From an uncultured Gemmataceae bacterium (GTDB lineage: Bacteria > Planctomycetota > Planctomycetia > Gemmatales > Gemmataceae), in assembly GCA_963750165.1 (NCBI GenBank), contig CAVVPN010000011.1:1504001-1568000 (forward strand): 64,000 nucleotides of DNA, read 5' to 3'. Within the stretch, counting starts at the first letter, position 1. Every line of letters starts with the position of its first letter. The position numbers and the translations under genes were made by a program. Of the stretch, positions 1 through 12,000 are shown in pieces. Below the pieces are notes generated by a model. It was given only the letters and a program-made list of their open reading frames with translations, ran no database searches and had not been told where the DNA came from.

Positions 1-3000
1 CAGCTCCTGCGTCTCGGCGGTGCTCTTGCCGGTGGCGTTCGCGTTCACGTTGACCGCCCCGGACACGTTGACGTTGGCGCCGCCGATGTCCGCGTCGTGG
101 TCGGCGTGGACGGTGGACTGCCCGGTGCCGAAGTTGCCGGCCAGTAATCCCGCCTTGGCGACGAAGGCGTGGGCGTCGGAGGTGTTGTCCGAGGACGTCT
201 GGACCGTCAGGTTGCCGACGCTCGACCCGAAAATCGTATGCGTGCCGACCACCGCGCCGTTGCCCACGTCCGCCGTGACGCTGGCGTTGACGTTCGCCGT
301 GCCGACGACGGCCCCGGCGGCGGCCAGCCCGGCGCCGAACCCCGCGACCGTCACGCCGGTGTTGGACTGCTGGTCGCCCTCGACGGTGACGTTCCGGGCG
401 GCGAGGATCGACGAGTTGTCCTTGAGCCGGGCCGTGGTGTCGCTCTGCACGCTCAGGGTGCCGACGTTCGCGTCCAGGGCGATGAAGCCGGCCGAGCCGC
501 CCACCGTGTTGAGGCTGCTGGAGGCGTCGCGCTCGTGGTCGGTGGCCTTGACGGTAACGTCGCCGCCCGCCTGCAGGGTGCCGTAATTGCCGACGTAAGC
601 CTCGGTCGTGTTGTGGACCGAGCCGACGCCGATCCCCGTGCCCACCCCCACAAACCCCACCGCGACGTTGCCGGTGGACTGGTCCAGGTGGTACAGGTTG
701 TCCGACTCGATGATGATGTTGCCCCCCGCGACGATCTGCGCCCCGGAGCCGGCCCCGGCGTCGTCGATGAACGCCGCGGTGACCCGGTCGCTGCCGGTGA
801 TGGCCGAGGTCGAGGAGTCCACGGTCGGCTGGTCCAGGTTATCGACCTGTTCGCCGGCCCGGTCCACCACCGGGGAGGTCCCGGCGTACTGGTAGCTGAC
901 CGCGTTCCAGACGGGCGGCGTGGCGACGCTGTTGTTGACCTGCGTGCGGAGGCTGTCCCCGCCCGACGCGCTGCGGTCGAACTCGGTGTTCGCCGTCCCG
1001 TCCGTGTCCGCCCCCAGGCTCTGCACCGAGACCGCGCCGGAGAGGCCGACGGCGATGCCGCCGGCGAAGGCGATCACGAACGAGTCGATTGACCGCGAGG
1101 CGTTCGTGCGGACCGCCACGTCGCCGACGGCCGTGATGCGGCTCTGCACGCCCACCGCCGCCACCGTCCGGTTGCGCACCGCCCCCACGTCCACTGACGC
1201 GCCGATGCCGGCGGCCGCGCCCAGCGACGCCGTCCCGGTCTTGCCGTCGAGCGCGGCGGTGTCGTTGGCCGTGACGCTCACGCTCTGGCCGCTGCCGGGG
1301 TTGAACGACCCGCCCGCCTGGAAGCGGCTGTCCTGGTTGATGAGCGCGTTGCGCGTTCCGTTCTGGACGATGGCCTCGGTCGTCGTCTGGATGTTGTTGA
1401 CCGCCACCGACCCGGCGAGGGCGGCGCCGCCCACGCCCCCGGTCATGACCAGCGGCGTCAGGCTTTCGTTGCTGGTCGCCCCCACCGTCAGCGCGCCGGT
1501 GGCGTTGAGGTGCCCGCCGAGCACCTGGGCCTGGATCGTGCTCTCGATGGTGTTCAGGCTGATCGACGTGCCCACGCCGACGCCGCCGGCGCCGAGGGAC
1601 CCGACCGTCGGGTTGAGCACCGACGTGTCGTTGGCCAGGACGGCGAGGTCGCCGAGCGAGTAGACGTCCGAGTCGCGGACGAAGGCGGAGTTGTTGGCCG
1701 CGATATCGACCACCTCCACCCCCCCGCCGATGCCCACAAGCCCGCCGGCGATGCCGAGGACCGTCGTGTCGATCGTCTCCCGGCTGACCGTGCTCACCTC
1801 CACCCCCCGTGCGTAGACGACCGAGGTGATGGAACTGGGGTCGCTCCCCGACTCGTCATTGGTGGAGATGAAGGCGCGCGTGGTGCTGCTGATCTTGGTC
1901 CGGTCGATGGTGCCGTCGGCGCCGACGAAGCCGCCGGCCGTTCCGCCGGAGAGAATCTGCACGTGCTCGTCGGAGTGCGCGCGGACGATCACCGCCTGGC
2001 CGAAGTCGGTGCTGGTATTGACCGCCGAGCCGGCGATGAATGCGTCGGTCTCGTCGCTCACGTTGGTGACGGTCACCAGACCGCCAAGGCCAACAAATCC
2101 CCCGGCCACGTTGATGGCCGCCAGGGTCGGCAGGCCGTTCGCCGGCTTCTCGACCGAACTGGCGACCACCGCCAGGCCGTGGACGCTGTCGGTGCTCTCG
2201 GCGCCGGTGTTCGGGTCCCAGTGCGGCACGCTGGCGGCGGCGCCGTTGCCGTGGGCCGCCACCGTGGCGTCCTCCAGGTACGCCTGCGTGACGCCGTCCA
2301 GCGTGGTCACCGCGACCGTCCCGGCCGCGCCGACCAGCCCGCCCGCCACCGAACCCGCCCCCACGGTGAGCGTGTCGCTCGATTCCGCGAGGACCACCGT
2401 GTTGGCGAACGTGCTCACCGTGGACCGGGCGATGTAGGCCTTGACCGCCGTGTCCACGAAGGTCACCGCGACGTTGCCGGCGATGCCGACCAGGCCGCCG
2501 TTGCCGCCCGCGGTCAGCGACTCCACCGTGGCGTCGGAGTCCGCATGGACCGTCAGGCTGCCGCCGCTGGACGTGACGTTGGCGCCGTCGAGGTAAGCGA
2601 GGATCTGGTTCTGGATCTGGCTGTACGACGCGGCCCCGCCGATGCCCGCGATCCCGGCGCCGCCGCCCTCCCCGGTGATCGCCTCCATCTTGGAGGTGTC
2701 CTGCGCCGTGACCGACACGTCGCCGGTGGCGACGATGACGGCGGCGCCGGAGAGGTGCGCATCGACCGTGTTACCGATCTCGTTGTCCCCCACCCCGCCG
2801 GTGACCGACACGGCCCCGGCCCCGGCCGCGCCGATGCTGACCGCGAACAGGTGGTCGGTTTCGCCCGCGGTGACGGTCATGGTCCCGACATGGACCTGGG
2901 CCGCGCCATCGACGAACGCCGTGACCGTGTTCTGGACATAGTTGGTGGACACCCCCGCCGCCACGGCCACCGCGCCGGCCCCGGCCCCGGCCCCGGTGAT

Positions 3001-6000
3001 GACGACGATGGTGGAACTGTCCTGGGCCTGCACGTCCAGCGACTGACTGGCGGTGACGTTGGCGCTGCCGGTGATGTGGGCGTCGGAGCGGTTGGCGATG
3101 TCGTTCACCGAGATCGCCGCGTCCGCCGCCACCGTCCCGGCCCCGGCGCCGACCGCGGCCGCGGACTTGACGTCCCCGCCGGTGTTGGTGTGGACCTCGA
3201 CGGTGGGGGCGGTGACGGTCGCGGCGTCGATGGCGGCCGTCACCTGCGACCGGCTGGTGTTCGTGCTGACCGCGGCGCCGCCGGCCACGGTCCCGGCCCC
3301 CTCGCCGTTGCCGGCCACCACGCGGATGCCCGTGTCGTCGGAGCCCTGGACGTGGACGGCGTTCGTTGTGGTCACCATCGACCCCGACGCGATGTGGGCG
3401 TCGATCACGTTGTTGACGTCGTTGACCGCCACCGACCCGCCGAACGCGGCGGTGCCGGCCCCGGCCCCGCCGATGACGATGGACGTGATATTGGACACAA
3501 AGTCCTGGGTGAAGTCACTGTCGTTCGACGCGGGGTTGTCGTCGTTGGCGGCGGCGGTCACGTCCAGGGTGCCGCCCGTGACGGTGGCCCCATCGACCCG
3601 CGCCGACACCATGTTGCCGATCTCGTTCGACGCGGTCGAGGCGGCGACGGCGACGGTGGACGAGCCGGCCCCGGCCCCGGCCAGGGCGCGGATGTTGGAG
3701 TCGTCACTGCTGTGGACCTGCACCGAGTTGCCGGAGACGACCGCCCCGCCGGTGATGTGGGCGTCGCTGGTGTTGGTGATGTTGTTGAGGATCAGGGCCA
3801 GGTCGCCCGCCGCCGTGCTGGCGTACGCCCCGACGGCCCCCAGCGCGTTGATGGTGGCCGCCACGGCGACCGTCACCTGGACCGACGGCGCCTGCGCCGT
3901 GGTCCCCGCCCCGTCGATGGCGGCGCCGACCTGGCGGGTGGAGTTGTTACTGGTGGCCGCCGCGCCGACCGCCGCCCCGGCGCCCAGGGCGACGGCCGCC
4001 TGGCCGGCGACGCCGGTGATCTGCGTTTTGTCGCTGGCCCCGACGGTAACCTGCGTCGTGCCGGTCGCCGCCGCGCCGCCGGCGACGTCGGCGTTCACCG
4101 TCCCGCCGATGTTGTTCACTGTGACCGAGCCGCCCAGGGCGAAGTTCTGGGCGAACGCGCCGCCGACCGTGACCGCGTTAACCGTTTCGTCGGCCGTGGC
4201 CATCGCCGCGACGTTCGCCCCGGTGGCCGCCGTCCCGCCGCCCTCGATGCGGCCGCTGGTGTCGCGGGTGATGGTGTTGGTGGACAGCGCCGCGCCGATG
4301 GCGGCGCCGGACCCGGTGGTGATCGCCGCCTGCCCGGCGACGGAAGTGATGGTGTCGTCGTCGCTGGCCTGGACGAGCGTCTGGCTCCCGCCCTTGGCCT
4401 GCGCCCGCCGGTCAGCGCGGCGTCGATCGTGCCGCCGATCGTGTTCAGCGAGATCGAGGCGCCCAGGGTGAAGTTCTGGGCGAATTCGCCGCCCGCGGTG
4501 ACCACGTTGAGGACGCCCTTGCCGCCCGCGAGCACCTCGGCCGTGTCGCCGCTGAGGACGGTCCCGCCGCCGTCCGCCGTGCCCGTGACGGTGCGGGTGA
4601 TGGTGTTGGTGGACAGCGCCGCGCCGACCGCCCCGCCGGAGCCGGTGGTGATGGCCGCCACGCCGGCGACGGCCGTGATGGTGTCGTCGTCGCTGGCCTG
4701 GACGGCCGCCATGGTCCCGCCCTTGGCCTGCGCCCGCCGGTCAGCGCCGCGTTGACGCTGCCGCCGATCGAGTTCAGTGAGATGGAGCCGCCCAGGGTGA
4801 AGTTCTGGGCGTCTTCGCCGCCGGCGGTGATGACGACGAGGGTGGCGTCGGTGCTGGCGAGCACCTCGACCGTGTCGCCGCTGACGACGGTCCCGCCGCC
4901 GTCCACCGTGCCCGCGGCGGTCTGGGTGACGTTGTTCGTGGACAGCGCGGCGCCGACGGCGGCGCCGGAGCCGGTGGTGATGGCCGCCTGGCCGGCGACC
5001 GCGGTGATGCTCGCCTGGTCGTCCGACTGCACCGTGGCCCGTGTGGTGGCCGTGAGCTTGGCCCCCGCGCTGACGCCGGCGTTGATCGAGCCGCCGATGT
5101 TGTTGACCGAGACCGACCCGCCCAGGGTCAGGTTCTTGGCGTCGTCGGCGCCGACGGTGATGGCCTGGATTTGCCCGTCGCTCGTCGCCAGCACCTCGAC
5201 CGTGTCCGCGTTCGCCTGGCCGCCCGAAAAGCCGGCGCTGGTGGCGCGGGTAATGGTGTTGGTGGACAGCGCGACGCCGACGGCGGCCCCGGAGCCGCTG
5301 GTAACGGCCACCTGGCCGGCGATGGCGGTGGAGCGGGCGTCGTCGCTGGCGTGGATGGTGACCCTCGTCGTGCCGTTGAGCATCGCCCCGCCGGAGGCGT
5401 GCGCGTCCAGCGTGCCGCCGACCTGGTTGAGCGAGATCGACCCGGCCACGGCGAAGTTCTTGGCCCCGGCGCCCCCCGCCGTGAGCGCGTCGATGCCGGC
5501 GCTCGTCGTGGCCAGCACCTCGATCGTGTCGCCGCTGACCGAGCCGCCGTCCACGTAGCCGGTGGTGTTCCGGGTGATGGTGTTGGTGGACAGCGCGGCG
5601 CCGATGGCCCCGCCGGAGTTGGTGCTCACCGCGGCCTGGCCGCCGGCGGCGAAGATCAGCGTGTCGTCACTGGCCCAGACCTGGGCCATCGTCCCGGCCG
5701 TGATCGTCGCCCCGCCGGAGACGTGGGCGTCCACCGAGCCGCCGATCGTGTTCAGCGGGATCGAGCCGCCCGCCGCGAACGTGTCGGCTTTCTCGGCGCC
5801 GATGGCGATGGCGTTGACGTTCGCCTCGCCCTTGGCCAGCACCTCGACCGTCGTCCCGCCGGCGACGGTCATCCCGCCCTCCACGCGCGCGCTCACCGCC
5901 CGGGTGATGTTGTTGGTGGAGAGCGCGGCGCCGAACGCGGCGCTGCCGCTCCCCGTGGTGACCGCGGCCAGGCCCGCGACGGCGTTGATCTGCGTCTTGT

Positions 6001-9000
6001 CGTCGGCCAGCAAGGTCAACGACTGAACCGCCGTGGCGTGGGCGCCCCCGGTGAGGTACACGTCCAGGGTGCCGCCGATGTTGTTCACCGACACCGAACC
6101 GCCGAACGCCGAGCCGTCGGCCCCCTGGCCGCCGACCGTGATCGCGTTGATCACGGCGTCGTTGGTCGCCTGCACCTCAATGGTATTGCCGGTGACGGTC
6201 GTGTTGGCGCCATCGACGCCGGCCGTCTCGGTCCGGGTGATGGTGTTGGTCGAGACCGCGGCGCCGATGGAGTGGCTGGAACTGCTCGTCGCCAGGGCCG
6301 CCTCGCCGGCGACCGCCGTGATGTTCGTGTCGTCCTGGGTGTGGACGCTCACCTGCGTCGTCCCGTTGACGACCGACCCGCCGGAGACGTGGGCGTCGAG
6401 CGTTCCCATGATCTGGTTGGACGAAACCGAGCCGCCCAGCACGAAGTCGTTGGCCAGGGTGCCGCCGACGGTCACCGCGTCGAGGTCGATGTTGGTCTGG
6501 CCCAGCACCTCCACCGTGTCGGCGGTGACGGTGGAGTGGTCCACGTACGCCCGGGTGTCGGAGCTGATCGTGTTGAGCGCCACGGCGGCGCCGCCGGCGA
6601 ACTTGCCGTTGGCGATCGAGGCGTTGCCCGACGCCGCGACGATGGTCCCGCCGTCCAGCGCCTGGATGTGGACCGCCCCGGTGGCGGTGACGTCGGAGCC
6701 GTGGAGGACCATGGCGTTCGCCGGGTCGGGCGTCCCGGAGACGTGCGCGTCGATGGTGTTGTCGATCTCGTTGGTGGACAGTGAGCCCGCCAGCGTCGAG
6801 CCGCCGCCGCCCACGGCGACGCCGACGGCGATGGCCGTGATCGTCGGGTTGGAGGTCGCCACCACCGTCACGTCCCCGCCGTTGGCGTGGACCGTGGACC
6901 CCTCGACCGCCGCGCCGATCGTGTTGGCGATCTTGTTGGTGGACTGGGCGACCGCCAGCCCCTTGCCGTCCTTCTTCAGGGCGATCGCGTCGGCCACCAC
7001 GAGCGCCGTGGAGTCGTCCTTGGCCTGGATGCCGACGCTGCCGCCCGCCGTGATGGTGGAGCTGTTCGTCACCGCCGACTGTACCGTGTGCTGGTAGTTG
7101 GTGTCCGCGGTCATCGTCGCCACGGTGCCGAACGACGGCAGGATGGAGTAGCCGGCCGCGAACGTGTGGTTGTGCGCGTTCAGGTTCACATTCCCGCCCG
7201 CCGTCAGCGTCGAGCCGGCACTGACGGCGATCCCGTCATGGGTCTCGGCGGTGAGCACCCCGTCCTGGGTCAACGTGAGCGTGCTGCCGTCGGCCGAGAT
7301 CGAGGCGATCGTGTACGCCCCGTCGTTGCCGGTCGAGCCTGTCACCGTGATGGTCTGGCCCGCCTGGAAGCCGTCCGCGGTCCAGCTGCCCGCCGCCCGG
7401 GCGATGGTGTCCCCGCCGGTGGCGTTGGGCGTGAACGTCAGCATGGGGTTCCCGGTCATCGCCAGGCCGTCCACGTGAGCGCCGACGGTGTTCTCGACGT
7501 CGGCGAACGTGGTGGTCGAGGCCAGCAGTTCGTTGTTGTCCACGTCCCCGGTGACGTTGATGTCCCCCCCGGCGGTCACGGTGGCGCCGCCGTTGATCGT
7601 CGCCACGGCGATGCTCTTGGCACTGGACACGCTGCGGTTGTTGGCGAGCGCCAGCAGCGCGTCGTCGTCGCCGGGCACTTGCGCGAACGTCCAGGTGGTG
7701 TCCTGCGCGAGGTGGGTCGTCTCCTGGGCGGTGACGTTCACGTCGCCGGTGTCGGCGAACAACCTGGCCCCCGACACGGTGGCGGTGGTGCCGGTGCCCG
7801 GCAGGGCGTCGGTCACCGCGCCGCTGACCGGGTTCAGCGGCGCCTGGGTGAGGGCGTCGCGGATGGTGCCGGCGGTGGGGGTTTCCTTCGCGAACGCGCC
7901 GAGGATCGCGTCCAGCCCGCCGCCGGCGTCGCTGGTCAGCCCGAAGATGAGGGTGTCGAGCTGGTCCTGCAGCTTCGTGCCGTTCACGGCGTTGAGGTCG
8001 GAGATCGGCACCGGGATGACGGCGAACACCGTCCCGTCCTGGAAGTTGCCGCGGATCGAGTACAGCGAGGCCGTGGCGGCCAGGCCGAACAACCCGGGGT
8101 CGGCGATGGCGCCGACGAAGCTGTTCACCACGATGTTCGAGGTCGAGGCGATGTCAATGTCCTTGGCCGCGTGGACCTCGGCGCCGGCCTGGACGGCCGC
8201 CATGGTGTCGTTGTGGAACACGCCGATGTCGATGCCGCCGCCGAGCGTGATCGCCCCGGAGGCGAGGTTGACCGGCAGGCCGTACGCCTGCGAGTCGTTG
8301 GACGCGGTGACGTTCACCGTCTGGTCGGCGCTCACGCCGGCGCGGTCGAGGTTCACCTGTGCCTTCTGGTCGATGAACGCGGCGGTGTCGGAGGCCACCA
8401 GGGCCACGCCGGCCGACCCGGCAACCCCGAACACCGGGCCTGAGCCGCCGGCCACGGCGAGGTTGAAGACGTTCTCGGTCGACTTCGCCTGGACCTCCAG
8501 CCCGGCCGTCGTCTGCGTCGGGAAGTCGAGCGTGTCGTTGCCCTTGGCGTTGACCACGGCGGAGTTACCCACCCAGGCTTCCGTGTCCTTCTGGACCAGC
8601 GCGATTGCGGCGGACATGCCGATGCCGAAGCCGACGGCCCCCTGGCCCAGCGCCCCCGCCCCGCCGATCTGGGTCATGTGGGTGTCGTCCAGCGCCGAGA
8701 TCAGGACGTTGCCGTTGGCGTTGACCTGCGCCCGACGGGGTCGATGTCGTTCGCGCCGTGCCCGGCAATGAAGGCGTGCGTCTGGCTGCCGATCGCGTCG
8801 ATCGGGAACGAGCCGCCGAAGTCGGCCAGGGCGAAGCTCGGGAACCCGGCGCTGGAGCTGATCCCGGCCACGAACAGCAACACGTCCTCGTTCGCCTGGG
8901 CCAGCACCTCGACGTCGTTGGCCGCCTGCACCTTCGCCCCGAGGCCGACGTAGGCTTCCGTCAGGTTCTTCGTGAGCATCAGCGCGGCGGCGCCGCCGAC

Positions 9001-12000
9001 CGAGCCGGTGAGGCTGGAGCTGGCCAGCGCCGCCGCGCCCGACACCGCCATGTGATACGTGTCGCTGCCGGCGGCCACCACCAGCGACTGGGTGTTCACG
9101 TTCGTGGGGGCGGTCACCGCGGTCTGCGGCTCCGCCAGGTGCGCGTTGCCGCCGACGTAGGCGGAGGTCGTGTCGGCGGTGACGACCGCCGACGCCGACA
9201 CCTGCGGGGTCACCAGGGACAGGTCGGTCGAAACGCTGAGGCCGACGACCAGGTTCTCGACGGCGTCGCGCGAAGTCGCCCCGACCGCGACGCCGTGGAT
9301 GTTGGTCGTTGCGGGCGTGGACGACCGCTTGTCCGTGAGCGAGGGGTCGTCCGGCGGCGCGCTGACGGGGGTGATGCCGGGGAAGTCGCTGCCGATCAAG
9401 TCCCGCAGGGGGTTGTCGAAGATTGCCCCGAGGATCCCCAGGGCCAGGGAGACGCCCAGCAGCGGCAGCCGGGCCGGGTCGAGGGTGAACTGGACGTTGA
9501 ACGTGCCCGTCGGGGCATCGACGCCGTCGCCCTGGCCCAGTGTGGTCACGGTCGCGCCGCTGGCGATGAACGCCTCCGTCGTCTTCTCCAGCAGCACCGC
9601 CCCCAGGGAGCCGCCGACCGCGTTGCCGCTGCTGGCGCTGACCACCCCGGTGACGACGTGCACGTTGCTCTGGTCGTCCGACGTCACGACCACGTTGCCG
9701 TTGGCGACCACCACGGCGCCGTCGCCGATCGACGCGCGCGTGACCGGGCTGACGGCATACAGCGCGGCCGCCCCGCCCCCGCCCAGGCTCAGCAGCGACA
9801 ACTCACCCACGGGAATCCCGGCCGTCACGTCCAGCGTCGCCGACAGCGACGACAGGTCCTCCTCCGACAGGGCGCGGACCTCGACGTTGCGGTTGGCGGA
9901 GACGGTGCCGGAAACCGACGCCTCGGTCAGCTTGTTGATGGAGGCGCTGTCGGCCCCCACCCCCAGGCCGGCCACGAGGCTCGCCGACAGCGCCGGCCAG
10001 CCCGTTGAGCGTGGTGTGGTCCGCCGCCAGGACGACCACCAGTTGGCCGGCGTTGGTGTCGGTGTCCCCCACCGGGAACTGATTGACCAGCGCCCCTGCT
10101 CGATCAGCGCCTGGGTCGTCTCGTTCAGGACCGAGAGGTTGAACGACCCGGCCACGCCCAGCAGCAGCGAGGCCGAGGCCCCCACCGCCAGCGGCTCAAC
10201 GTCCTCGGTCGCGATCGCCGTCACCGCCACGCCGAGGATGGCACGCGTGTTCCCGTCCGCGTCCGCCGGCACGTCGGTCGTTCCCTGGTTGCCGCGGGCG
10301 CGGACGTCGGCCCCGGTTGCGATCTTGGCCACGGTGTGGTCGTCATCGACGACGATTGAGCCGGCGGCGCCGATGCCCCCGGCCAGGCCGAACCCGGCCG
10401 CCCCCGCCACGGGATGGAAGGTCGCGTTCGTGGTGGCCTGCACGATGACGTTGCCGTCGGCCACTACCTTCCCACCGATCGACGCCTGCGTCGTGGCGCC
10501 GGTGTTGAGCAGCGCCACCGACCCGGCCACGGCCAGCCCGAACGCCGCCGCGGTGCCCCCGGCGACCGCGTTCTGAGAGTCGTCGTTGTTCGCCTGGACG
10601 AAGACGTGGTTGAGCACCGTCACGCTGGCACCGGGGTCGATGTGGGCCTGGATCGACTTGCCGAGCACGTCGCCGGCCGCGGCGGCGCCGACGCCGACGA
10701 GGTCGGCCCCGGCGTAACTGCCCGCGACGCTCAGGGTGGTGGTGGTTTGCGCGGCGCTGACGCGCACGTCCTGTTCGGCGTTGGCCCCGGGGTTGGCGAC
10801 CGTGACTTGGGCGCCCTGGCCGATGGACGCGTCTACCGTGCTGTCCATCCGGTTGGCGGTGGCCGAGGCGTTCAGGCCGGCCTGGTCCGCGGTGGCCGAA
10901 CCGGAGGAATACCCCAGCAGGGTGTCGGTGGCCGTCGCGCTCGACGAGGACCTGCTGCGGGGCGCCCAGGTTGCTGCCCAGGGCGGCGTCCACGACGGCG
11001 CTGCCGATGGAGGCGGACACGTTGCGCTGGATGTTCGGCGTCGAGAGCGACAGGCCAATGCTGCCGAACCCGCTGGAGGCGTTGGCGCCGACGATCCCGG
11101 TCAGGTTCGTCCTGTCGTCGGCGGTGACGTCCACGCTGCGGTTGGTGTGGACGGTGGCGCCGTCGTCGATGTAGGCCTTCACGAAGCCGCCGGCCGTGAC
11201 CGCGCCCACGGCGCCGGCCGCGCCAATCGCGGGGATCGAGTCGCCGGCGACCACGTCGGGGTGGCCGTCGTTGTCCACGTCGCCGATGGCGATGGCCCGG
11301 GTGGCGTCGGCGTCGCTGCTGATGCTGGACCCGCTGCCGAAGTTCCCGGTCCCGTCGCCGAGGTAAATCTGGTTCGTCGTGAACAGGTTCCCGGTCACCA
11401 GGTCGAGGTTGCCGTCGCCGTTCATGTCCTCCAGCGCGACGGCCTGGGTGAGCGGGCCGATGTCGCTGATGGTGGTCCCGGGGCCGAAGGTGCCGTCGCC
11501 GTTGTTCAGGTACAGCCGGCTCCCCGTCGCGGTGTTGCCGGTGACGATGTCGAGGTGACCGTCGTGGTTGACGTCCCCGATCGCCAGCGACCGGGTGATG
11601 AACTGATCGGGGCTGAGGTCCACGCCCGCGGAAAACGACCCGCTGCCGTCGCCGAAGTAGATGCGCATGGCGCCGCCGAACGCGTACTGGTCGGCGAGGT
11701 TCTGCAGGTTGAGCCGCTGCTGGTCCAGGTCGGCCAGGCTCAGCAGTTTTTTCTGCACCAGGTCGGCCAGCGACACGATCCCCGAGTCGATCAGTTTGCG
11801 CAGGTCGATCGGTTGCGAGAGCAGGTTGTTGGCATCGACAAGCCCGGCGTCGATGAGGTTCTGGATGGTCGTGAGCTGCGAGCCCAGGAGGTCGCCAAGC
11901 GTCACGGTCGGGACCGCCAGGCTGCCCGGGGTGATGAGGTTCTTTCGGGCCAGTTGGTTGAGGGTGACCAGTCCCGAATTGACGAGGTCCTGCAGCGACA

